Positions 11,679 through 23,599 of a DNA stretch of 64,000 bases are shown here, one piece after another. The position numbers were made by a program, and so were the translations under genes. Numbering within the stretch: the first letter of the stretch is position 1; each line of letters opens with the position of its first letter. This DNA comes from Octopus bimaculoides. Lineage: Eukaryota. The DNA is taken from the NCBI RefSeq assembly GCF_001194135.2, contig NC_068983.1, positions 157,593,674-157,657,673 on the forward strand, given 5' to 3'. Under the pieces are notes generated by a model. It worked only from the letters and a program-made list of their open reading frames with translations. It was not told where the DNA came from and did no database searches.

Positions 11679-12441
11679 AGGAAAATTTTATATTTTAATC
11701 TTTACAAAATTATAATTCCTTTATACTTTGTCTACTCATTTACCTGGTGCTATAGAATCTGTTTCATAAAAATACTGCATACAGTACATATTTTCATTGT
11801 GATATTTCTGGTTTCCTGACGGATTTGTTAATGAGGAAAAATTTTTTGAACTGTTCTTTCAATGGAAAGATTTTCTATGAAAAGCCAACATATAAGTGGA
11901 ATGAATGAAACTGATTATAACTATTTTAATTAATTTCAAATTATTTTCATGATTGTAATTAATTTCTTCATCAAATTTAATTATATTATTCAAACTAAAA
12001 TTTACAAAACCATATTTAAAAAATATAATTGCTTAGATATATGTTAATTTCATCATACAAAACCAATATTTGATCAGAACAATTGGGAGCAACTTGAAAT
12101 TGAAAAGATTTCATCTAATTCAAAGACACCCTATAATTAATAGAATAAACATAATTAATTAATAAAAAAAATTTTATTTTTACGTTTGTAAGTATATATG
12201 AAACAAGTAACAGTAATAATAATAATAATAGTTTCAAATTTTGGCACAATGTTAGCAGTTTTGGAGCAAGGCATTTACTTGATTACATAGACTCCAGTGC
12301 TCAACTAGTACATATTTTGTTGACCCTGAAAGGATGAAAGTCATAGACAACCTTGGAAGCGTTGAAACCCAGAATGTAAAGCCAGAAGAAACACCACTAC
12401 GGATTTTGTCTAATATACTAACAATTCTAGTTCACTGCCTT

Positions 12442-12442
<1 letters not shown>

Positions 12443-12479
<37 letters not shown>

Positions 12480-12506
12480 ATAATAATAATAATAATAATA
12501 ATAATA
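12443..12506. repeat. Compound (TAC)n(TAA)n microsatellite
   Basis: Seen directly. Confidence 0.9.
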
Positions 12507-13253
12507 GCTATCTTTAAAATTAATAATTATAAAGAGATTGATGCAATAAGTACCAGACTTAAAAGATAAGTATTAGGGTCAATTTTTTTTACTGAACCAT
12601 TCGAAGCAGTGCCCCAGCATAGCTGCAGCCCATTGACTGAAACAAGAAAGAGATAAAATGGTATTATGCAAAGTCAGAGCAAATAACCAAATGTTTCTCA
12701 CTGGTATGCATTGTGTTGCTCATATGCCAATGTCCAGTGACCATACACATTGCTATATATACAAACAAATCATGTAAGAGACTTGCCATATGTCTGAAAG
12801 CATTAATTGTTACAAAATTTTGAGTCTTGATTAAGTAATATGCTATTAAAAGTTACAATAAAAAAAAAAACATAAATAGAATATTTTTTGTTAATTACTC
12901 AAGAAAAAATGTTTTTGCCACCATGGCAGTCAGAATTAATTACAGGGATATGTTGACATTTATTTCCTGTTTATTTTGCACACGTTTCAGAAATATCTGA
13001 TATTTTGACAATCCTATTTTTCTATGCCAATAAATATTTTTGTATATCTACTCAGTATTTTGTTTTACTATCACTACAATGAAAGGAGTGGAATCTCATA
13101 AAACTGGAAAAACAAACAACAACAACTGGGTTTACCTTATAATGAAATTCTTTTAAGAACATTCAAATGCCACTGCAATGTTGAAATTTGTAGTGAAACT
13201 ACCTATCGCCATTATATACAAAACTACTATCGCCATTATATACAAACAAACCA

Positions 13254-14937
13254 TCTTCTCAATATTATATATAAACAAGCGCGGGCGTAGTAGAAAACAT
13301 CTTTCCCTGTCATCACGTGACTGATTATTATTTGAAGCGGCAACTGCTTCATACCATTCCCGCCAGAATGCAAACTGACCAACCGTGGCCCCTAATAAGG
13401 TCACGTGATAGAGTATTTTTCTGATGCCTTTGGGAGCCTACCATCAACTATAAATAGCCTAAATTCAGCGGCAATATTTGTCTCGGTTCAGATCTCTTAG
13501 GGACCTGTTCCGTGTACCACACAGCAGCAGCAGTAGCCAGCGACAACAGGCACAGCTTCGTTCAACTACAACAAGCACAGCAGCAACACGACTCTATGAC
13601 TACTACCACCAGCATCGCCACCAGCGTCAACACCACTTCAGCTACGAACTACAAGATTCACCACCGACGTCGCCAACATAGTCAACACGACTTTCCACGT
13701 ACACCAGCAACCAAACTACCGCGGCACATCTCTCTTCGATTCTGTTTGGTGATTCACCTTCACCACGATAAATAACAGACAAGAACCTAGCCTGCGATGA
13801 ACAACTGTATACAAGAACCCGGCTCGGCATGGAAGCCCTAACATCACGAGTGATCGCTCTGCCACACACACGCCTCAACTTCTTACATACAGACTCTTCC
13901 TATTGTGTACTCAACAAACCGGCAAATGCTCACACGTGTTACTGACTCTTTTTCTATCTGCTGTATATCACACATTCACATACATGTATCACTTACACAC
14001 ACTCTTTTCTTTATACGACGGCCTGTCTTTTATTATGTTTTAATATGTCGCATTCACACTCACACACAGACATACATTTTAATGTCANNNNNNNNNNTAT
14101 GTCGCATTCACACTCACACACAGACATACATTTTAATGTCACAATAAATATTTCTGTTATTCATCTCAATCGGTTGTGTTCTATCGTCTTTCATTACTGG
14201 TCATTTACTAAATCACTATGTTATCGAAGCATAACATATATATCTCATCTTTGATATAATTTTTGTGTTCGACCGTGTGACGCGTTTTAAATAAAAGGAG
14301 TCCTGTTTTTTTCCATTCGTCACCATTTCTCCTTTTGGGTTCGCACGGTCGTTCTTACAAATTGTTGCTACATCATCAAGTACATGCTGAATGGAAATGA
14401 CCAAGCTGCTGTTCAAATAAACAATGATAACGAAATTAATCAATATCTAATGGGCAGGTATATTGGACCATTCAAACCAGTTGCATCCATTTTAGGATTT
14501 TCAATTCCTGAAAGAGTACCTGCAATAATGAGACTGCAAGTGCATCTCCCAGATGCACAAAGAATATTGCTCAGAAACTACGAGGATATACAGGGTTGTC
14601 AATGAACAGCATTAACAGAATTCTTTTCATTGTGCATCAATGATGACTTTGCAAAACTATTACTTTATGCTGAAGTACCCATTTATTTCACTTGGAACAG
14701 TAGTAACAAAGAATGGCAAAGAAGAAAGTGAAGAAAAAATGTTGAAGACCATTTGAATGTTTTCGAAGAAGAAACACTTGGTCGTGTTTATGTTGTGACA
14801 CCAAAGGCAGGAGAACTGTGTTATTTGAGAATTTTATTGCACAAAGTTCAAAATAGTATTTTTTCCTTTACTGCTGAATATCAACATTTTCAACTTGGAG
14901 TGGTTGTGACCCAGCGGGTCACGGCGGGAACATCTAG
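13254..14937 (+). mobile_element. Internally deleted Helitron with degenerate Rep/helicase-region coding fragments
   Basis: Fragments NGNDQAAVQ..NEINQYLMGRYIG..ILGFSIPERVPAIMRLQVHLPDAQRI and LTEFF..DDFAKLLLYAEVPIYFTW...LGRVYVV.PKAGELCYLRILLHKV are typical Helitron ORF motifs. The 3' end is a hairpin GTGACCC-agc-GGGTCAC (14906-14922) plus CTAG|T (14934-14937). The 5' end, A|TCTTCTCAATATT at 13254, is tentative. Confidence 0.8.
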
Positions 14938-14939
14938 TA

Positions 14940-15859
14940 TCTTCTAATATAATAAAATGCTAAGTGTTGCCCCTGTTGATCACGCTGTACCTGCAGGGAA
15001 AGAAGAGTAAAACAACAGACGAAGTGGAAGTGTGTGACAGTGAGAGATATTCACTTGTTATGTGCTCATAAATTAGTTTGATAGTTGANNNNNNNNNNNN
15101 NNNNNNNNNNNNNNNNNNNNNNNNNNNNNNNNNNNNNNNNNNNNNNNNNNNNNNNNNNNNNNNNNNNNNNNNNNNNNNNNNNNNNNNNNNNNNNNNNNNN
15201 NNNNNNNNNNNNNNNNNNNNNNNNNNNNNNNNNNNNNNNNNNNNNNNNNNNNNNNNNNNNNNNNNNNNNNNNNNNNNNNNNNNNNNNNNNNNNNNNNNNN
15301 NNNNNNNNNNNNNNNNNNNNNNNNNNNNNNNNNNNNNNNNNNNNNNNNNNNNNNNNNNNNNNNNNNNNNNNNNNNNNNNNNNNNNNNNNNNNNNNNNNNN
15401 NNNNNNNNNNNNNNNNNNNNNNNNNNNNNNNNNNNNNNNNNNNNNNNNNNATCTATGTGTGTAACAATTTTAGAGTTCGGATTCTAGAGTTAGGGTTAGT
15501 TTTAGGGTTAGGGTTAGAGTTAACAGTCTAGTTAGGGTTAGGGGATTAATACGATATACACCGTTACAGCGCTAACTGTTTTCAACTGAATAGACGTCAG
15601 TGATTAGTAGAAATTATCGAAATAAGACAATTTTTTACATGAAATAAATTCGAATACAAATATTTTTTTCTGTTCTATAACACAAAATAGATAAGTATAC
15701 GAAGTTTGAAAGTCTTTCGGTACCAAAAACAGTACATAAAACATAAATGAAAACTGGTGCCCCCGTTTTGAAATAGATCCTTTTTTCCTTTACTGCTGCA
15801 CATCAACATTTCCAACTTGGAGTGGTTGTGACCCAGTGGGTCACGGCGGGAACACCTAG
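14940..15859 (+). mobile_element. Second, head-to-tail non-autonomous Helitron unit carrying a TTAGGG-containing MITE-like insert
   Basis: Starts A|TCTTCTAATATAATAAAA (14940); ends with the same hairpin plus CTAG (15856-15859). A third unit starts at 15862 with the same 5' sequence. Confidence 0.7.
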
Positions 15860-18544
15860 TATCTTCTAATATAATAAAATGCTAAGTGTTGCCCCTGTTG
15901 ATCACGCTGTACCTGTAGGGAAAGAAGGGTAAAACAACAGACGAAGTGGAAGTGTGTGGCAGTGAGAGATATTCACTTGTTATGTGCTCATAAATTAGTT
16001 TGATAGTTGAGCTGATTGGCTGTATGCAAATGAGTTCCTAACTAGGGTCCGGAACTCTCGTGGGAAAAAAAATTCGCCTCCAGGACATTACACTCTTGCA
16101 TTTATCTCTGCTTTACCTCTCTCATCCACTTACCCTTGTTCTTTCTTCTATTCACCCCATTGATCAGACTTGGCTTGAAAAACAAAAAAAAACAACACAG
16201 AGTAAAAAGGACTCTTTAATCTCACAGGGAATAAGGCATGTTCTTTAATGTTGGTATCATGATAAAATGTACCGTACACTCTGCTAAGTAGTTGGTGTTA
16301 GGAATGGAGACAATGTAGGGTAGACAACTTCTCTAGTGCTTGCATTATGATAACATGCATCCAACACATTCATGTAATGACGTCCAGCTATAGAAACCAT
16401 GCCTCAGACTCATCAAATTCCAAATAAGTACTGACATGGCCCATGAAGATTTGTCTAACCCTTACCAGCATGGAAAGCAGACGGAAGATGATGGTGGTGG
16501 TGGTGATAACGAGGGTGACGATGGTGAAAAGTTTTGCTAAAACTCGCTTTTCAAACAAATTTGAAAGCCAGTTTTGTTGCATGGTTTCACATATAATTAA
16601 AAATTCTGCATTTATTTACAGCTGTCTGTATCCATGCATCAATGCGTATACTTACATAGGTAGACATAAGTATATGCACGCACGGTGCATATTCATTTAA
16701 ACCTCTGCATACTGTATATCTTTGTATGTGCATCTATGCTGTGTATTTACCCTGATATATGCACACAATCTATGTGCTTATCTGCATACACGTCTGCATG
16801 CGTATTAGTGTTTTACAATGCGCATGAGTATATGTACTTTTAATACATCTGCATGAATCCCCCCCCCCCCTGCCAATACACCCCACTACACAAACTTCAG
16901 TCTTCCAGTCCAGCATCAGCATGCCCTCTATTTCAGTTAAGAGGAGAATGAAAGAAAAAGAAAACTCCACAAATCTATCTACCTCCCAACTCTACATCAT
17001 TCAGTAACCCTAACTGACCTACTTAAGTCGACAAAAATTCTTTTCAACCTCACCTTAAAAATCCTTCTCCTAAAATAGGATTTTTTTGTTGTTCTCCTTC
17101 CTTATAAACAGCCTAACCCAAATTGATACACAAACACTTACAATAAAAAAAAAAATGAAAACAAAATAGAAACCCGACCACACTAATTCATGTCACGACC
17201 TTGACATCTCCAAGCCAAATGCATTGTTTAAAAATACCCTATTCGTTTCTCAGTTCTTCAATATTCAGAATATTCCCATACCAGGATTAAATCACTGGTA
17301 TTTTACAAGGCAGTGAACCATGCAATTCTCACAATAAATATTTATTCATTAACAATGTAATTTACATAAGAAAACGGACAGTAGGTAATAAAATTGGGTA
17401 AAAAGGACACAGACCTTCAGTTTTACACACTACTACAGGAAATACTAATACAGTTTTCAAGTCAATGTAAAACTCACTGTATAACCGCGATGAGGTAACC
17501 AAGGATGAGTTACTGAAACATAATACGAGCATCACCCGATAAGACAAGATACCAATGATGACAAAAGCTTCGTTGTCATTCGAGAATATCATGGTTTGAA
17601 ATATATAATTTACTAGCAAATTACATCTGACGAAGCATTCCCATTTACTAAATTAGCTCTGCTAATATACGTAACGAAATTTTACGAGAAAGTTAATTCA
17701 CCTAAAATCAGCGGAGGTAAAGATCATGGCCCGCACCCCCTTTGGGATTTTTTTTTTTACAGGAACACACTATATTGAGGGTAGAGATTCCAAATCTGCA
17801 AAAGAACCCGCATTTCAAAATTTAAATTCCCCGCCCATTTCTTAAATTTTAACTTTTTTAAAAAATTCTTCTGAAAAAGAAAAAAAATTGTAAAATTTCA
17901 ATTTATCAAAAAAAATAAACACCCACCTCCCATCCGCCCTATGACAAGAAATGAAATTAAAGCGTTTTCTCTACTAATGTTTCACGCATGCATAGAATTT
18001 ATAAAATAGCAGATGCAAAAAGTATCTAAACAGAAAACCTGACATTCTAGAAATACGTTTTCAAAATTTTAATACGAATTACCAAAGAAAAAAAATTTCA
18101 GAACTCAAATCCCCCCCATTTCTTAATTTTTTTTCACTTATTTTAGAAATATTTTTGGGCGAAATACGTAGAAAAATACGGAGATCATGATTCTAAAAAA
18201 ATTGCTGCATTATAATTTAGTGAGAAATCTATATAAAGTTTGTAGATTAAAATTTGTCAGTGAAGGTATGATATATAAAGCTTCTGTTGAAGGCTATGTT
18301 ATATATACCTTTATCAATACAAACATTTTAGTTAAGATATAAATCTGGAATACAGTTCCCCATTTCAATACATATTCTGTCGGTATTAATATAATAATTC
18401 TTTCTACTATAGGTACAACAAATTCCTTCTACTACAGGTACAAGGCCTGAAATTTAGAGAAAGTGGTGGGGGTGCCTATTCGATAACAACTTTTTCACCA
18501 ACCTCCCAAAGGGATGAAAGATCTCGGCAGTATCTGATATCAAA

Positions 18545-18779
18545 GGCGGCGAGCTAGCAGAAACGTTAGCATGCCGGGGGAACTGCTTAGCGGTATTTCG
18601 TTTGCCGTTACGTTCTGAGTTCAAATTCCGCCGAGGTCGACTTTGCCTTTCATCCTTTCAGGGTCGATAAATTAAGTACCAGTTACGTACTGGCGTCGAT
18701 GTACTCGACTTAATCCCTTTGTCTGTCCTTGTTTGTCTCCTCTGTGTGTAGCCCCCTTGTGGGCAATAAAGAAATACGA
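18545..18779 (+). mobile_element. tRNA-derived SINE with 13-bp TSD (ATCTGATATCAAA)
   Basis: TSD at 18532-18544 and 18780-18792; B-box-like gagttcaaattcc; core ggtcgactttgcctttcatcc. Confidence 0.85.
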
Positions 18780-19735
18780 ATCTGATATCAAAACGTAAAG
18801 ACAGACGAAGAAATGTAAAGCATTTTGCCCGGTGTACTAATGATTCTGCCAGCTCACTGCCTTGGTTTAATGTAACTATAGAGCTAAGTCGAAGACCTTC
18901 CCATAATGAAGACTCAACAGAGGTCCCATATATAACGGAAATAAATCTTAACCGGAAATGCCGGTAGAATGCTGGGATCGTTGCCAATTTCAGTGTTTAT
19001 CTCAAGAGAAAGCTTTCTTGTGTTTATTTTTATTTCACAAATATTTTATATTTTCTTTGCCCTACGTGTCTACACTGACTTTATTATTTTGGTAAGCGCA
19101 AACCTAATTAAGTGATACTTGCATATTTAAAAGTTTACCTCACATAGGTAAGTTATGTGCTGCAAGCTCGTTTTAAAAAAGTTTCTTGCTTGTAACACCT
19201 TTCACATTTAAATGTAACACGGTTAACTGTCATATGTACATTGCAATTGTTCTGTTTATGTAATATAGACAAAATTTGATTTTCACTTTGGTTTGGTGCA
19301 AAAGCTTTCAGTTTTACAAAAGAAAATAATTATAGAAAAACACTAGGTATTTGTTGACTTTAGAATGTGAAAACTTTACATTATATTTCGTTTTTGGATT
19401 TGGTTTGCAAGATTTTTTATGTGATTTCGTGTGTTGAAGCATATTCTGGACAGTCAAGACTATTGATAAAGTTGCAAAACGCAAAGAAAATTTTAGGAAA
19501 ATAAATAGAAAAATAAGTGGAAATTTTACCGTGAGTGTGTTAAATTTTAAGGCACAATAAGAAAATGACTCTCCCCAGACACAACAGAATTTACATTATA
19601 TCTTATTTAAAATATATTCATCTATTATTGGCATAACGGCGATCTTACCGTAAGATCGCCGGCATAGCTACACAAGCCCCCCCCCCCACTTACTATAAAT
19701 ACATATTTAAAATAAAAACACGTCCATAAAAATTG

Positions 19736-19844
19736 AAGGTAAAGAATACGTACACCACCGATTTTCGGCGTAACAAAAACCCTATCCCCTAAAACTAATC
19801 CTAAACCTAAACCCTAACTCTCGGGTGTACGTATTCTTTACCTT
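19736..19844. mobile_element. 109-bp mini-MITE with perfect 21-bp TIRs and internal CCCTAA-like repeats
   Basis: AAGGTAAAGAATACGTACACC (19736-19756) and its exact reverse complement (19824-19844). Confidence 0.8.
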
Positions 19845-22800
19845 TGCCCAAAGATTAATATAAAGTCCACAAATCGAAAGATTTTGTCTCGTCATTTCGG
19901 TTTCTTAGAGCTTTTAAACGAAGTCAAAGTGAAAATCATGTTTTGTTATTTTGTGGTTGTGGTGAGGTGTATTTATATAGTTCTGTCTGTTAATGCAAGT
20001 GCTGTTTGTCTATTTGTGTGTATGTTGATGTGGGTAATGAGATTTTTGACCTTACAATGGATCTATGGGGATTTTTTCCCCTCCAGTTGCACTCATTGTT
20101 TTAACTATTCATTTACAGATTTGTGACGAAAATGAATTGTAACGGTTTTTAATAAAACCGTTACGAGGGAGTTTCGGATCAGGATGCCGAAATAAGTTGG
20201 ATTTCTCTGTTTTGTTACGTGAGCTATCTATCTATCTATCTATCGTAGTCATTTCATATTCTTTTATTGGAGTGAATTCGAATTACAGCTGTTTCCGATA
20301 GTCATTATAGCTTGATTGATTTACTCATTAATGAAGGAACGGTTGAAAAAAATTTGGATCTTTTTGTTTGGCTTTCACTTTTCAATTTCTTCCAATTGAT
20401 TTCAAATTTGGTGTGTTGATGTAGTTTTACACCTATTTGAATATTTAATTTTTTTATTTCCCACCGGGTCAAACCCTTTAGTTTGACCTTTGACCCGGTG
20501 ACAAAAAATTTTAAAAAATAGTTATTTAAAGTCGTTCAATTTTTGGATTTCATCTGTTTGCCTTCAGGTTTTGAAATTTTTTAATTAAATGAAAATTTTC
20601 AAATTTGAATTACCCAAAATTTGCAAACTTTAGGAAGGAATTTCAACCATGTTTCGTGGTCTGCTACCACAACAGCTCCTTTATAGGATCCAGTTAGCTC
20701 AAGACATCATTAGGAGGAACCACGTCCGGTTTCGGCCCCTACTCCCCTACCGTTTTGACGGTAGTTATTAACTATTTATTTATAGATTTGTAACGAAAAT
20801 GGATTGTACTTCAATAATTAGCACGCTTTAATTTGAACCCTAATGCTTTCCTCTTCGGAGTCGTGACGTTTCCAAAGAATAGGGTCGGAATGTATCTCAT
20901 GCGCTCAAGTCGTAATTTCTTCAGCTGTGTATGTTTTAAATATCTGAGATTAAGATTTTGCCAAAAATGGCACGGGAGGGGATGCCTCTGTTTTTCCGTA
21001 ACGTCTCAGTTTTGACAGGTTTTGAAAATCATTTACAAACAGTATGTAACATGTCAAGAAGCCTGGACATCCGTTCGAGGCAGACTGCAAGCAAATCGCA
21101 TATACGTACACACGTATGCTCATTCACTGTTTTCAGTCATTGGGCAACAGCCGTATAGGGCTATCACAATCAAGTGTTCAGTTGAACACACTAATCCTAG
21201 AACTTTGCAGTATATTCTGCAATGGAGCCCTTATTTTAGTCTGTTACTTATTTTACTGATCTCTATTTATGAAGTGCTAATTTAAATTATGACATGTTTC
21301 AGTTCTTAACTCCTTACACTCTGAGGGGGCCAGGCCACATCCAGGTCATGACTCTTTGATACTCCTCTGTCATTTTTGTACTACTGTTTAGGTTCAAACT
21401 TGCACCTTGAAGGTGATGAGGTACCTCAAAGCCAAGTTGCTTTTCTGATAGATGTTGTAACCATTTTGCTATTAGATACCAATTATATAATGAAAAAGTA
21501 CTTCTGAAATTCACTTTGACCTGATCCAGTAAGATCTCCTTTTGGTTGCTTCTCCTTTTGGTATTCTTCTCAGAAATTGGGAGCTGTGTCATTAGATCAT
21601 AGGCAGATTTGCATACAAACCCTTTTAATCACTAGCATGACTAGAGTGTGTGTCACCTGGGCAGCCCTTCCATTTGCCATCCCCAGACCCCACGCAAATC
21701 ACATATTGCTTACAGGCAATAGTCTGCAACAGGATGAAAAGCCCCCCCCCCCCGCAATGCTATAGTGAGGGATTTTGGCTTTGAAGCCAGATTCTCTAAA
21801 CTGTCATACTTCTCAGTCTTTTAAATGTGGACTTTCTCCATTCTACTTTCAAATGTTACAGTGAGTTAAGTCAGAATCATTTGATTTATGTGAATGGAGT
21901 AACTATGTTCAGTCTCTTACCACTCTTGTCCTTGATTTCTGAGTTTTTTCCACTTTACAAGATTTGCTGTGCACTCCTAATCTATCTAGTAGATTCTGCT
22001 TCCATGATTCAACACAGCTGTTCCAGGTCACAGTTTTCTGCTACCTTCTAGTGGTGTGGACTTTTTTGCTCATGTTACAAATCACACATATGCTCTTTTT
22101 AAGCACTTGGTTCTGCTTCCATATGTAACTCCTTTGGGCAAACACCAATTTGCATGAGCTCAATGTATACTCTGCTGTTTGTTTTGACAGAATAGGCACT
22201 CAGGGTTGGTTAATTTTACCCATTTCATCAGGTTTGTATTCCAGGACAGGTCATATTTACAGATCTGAGGATGAAGCTAATTCTAAGAGGAGTCATGTCT
22301 CTTGTCATTCTGGCTAAGACACTTTCCCATGGCATCTTTTGTCCCTGTTGGCACTTTGGGGTTCTTCTGGTCTTCTATTCTTCCCTCATTTCCTTTATTA
22401 TGTCCGTCTTTGTTTCCCTTTTGCTGTTTATCATCATTCCACTGAGCCCCTATTCCTATGTTATACATATATCCTATTATTACTCTAATCTTGAAGCTGT
22501 CCTTTGTTGCCTCGACTGCTTCCTGTGTTTTCCATTTTCTTCTAGTTTCCAGTTGGGCTGGATTTGTTTTACAGTCTTGTCTCCCAAGTCCTCAAGCATA
22601 CTTAAAGAGCTTTGCTTTTTCAGTTTAGTAGAAATTATGTATTGCAGAAATAATGTGCATGTAAATAATCAACTAAATGATTAGGTACAACTCACAGATC
22701 CATTTCTCCAGTTATACTATAACTCCACTTAGCTGAGAAACACATTGCATACTCCAGTATACAGTAATGAATTTTATGGTTGCATTATCAAACTCTGCAC

Positions 22801-23599
22801 ATGTTGCACTCTCCACTGTTCAGTACACCTATTGTTAACTCTAGATTAGCCTTTATCAAAGATATTATGGCCAAAGCATCTCATATTTTCTCTATGTACA
22901 GGGAACACAGCACCATGTTATCAAATATGCCTTTTTTTTAAGACCGTGACTACTATTTATAGCTTGTCAAGTAACCATGAAAAAGCTCTCAGATTCTGGT
23001 GGTTTCCATGTTGAAGATGAGCCAAGCAAACTCAGAGCATGGAAGTCACTGTTCCTCTGCATTTAATGTTGGTGGTTTGTATCCCTGTTTAATATTTGGA
23101 GCTCATGTCATTATGATATTGTCTTGGTTTAGTGAGTGAGAAAATGTGTTTTAAGAATGTCCTTCCAGTAGTGTTCTTGGATATTAAATATATCTAGGTG
23201 TGTTATTGGTGTTTTTAAAGATTACTCTTCTACATATGTATTCAGTTTCTCAAAAAACTTAACAAAAAAAAAAAAAACCCAGTTGTTCAAGTAGAAAAAT
23301 TTACTAAAATCTCTTTTATTTATTAAGTCATTATACTTTTACTACTGGTTGTTGTGTAGCTCAAATTAACTCTACTCAGATGTCTCCATGGTGGGTCTAA
23401 TGTATTGTTATATAACTGCTGTAAAATCATTCAGGTACTTACATCATGTGCTTCAAATGCTGAAGTGGAATGTTTGAACTGAATAAAGCAATTATTTTGT
23501 TTACAAGTTCAGTTTGCTATAAAATACAAATAACAATGGAAAATTTTCTTTTGACTACATTGCTTTGATGGTACTTTATTGATAAATTCTATACACTTT

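Noticed and set aside
13153-13878. Several short overlapping ORFs rich in Q/T/H/S
   Set aside because: They arise from CAA/CAG/CAC-rich low-complexity sequence within the Helitron region and show no homology signal.
14038-14141. Direct duplications flanking 10-N gaps (also 38224-38318)
   Set aside because: Identical sequence on both sides of a minimal gap is typical of unmerged contig overlaps.
21300-22560. Possible further non-LTR retrotransposon coding remnants
   Set aside because: The ORFs are short and I could not match any diagnostic motif with confidence.
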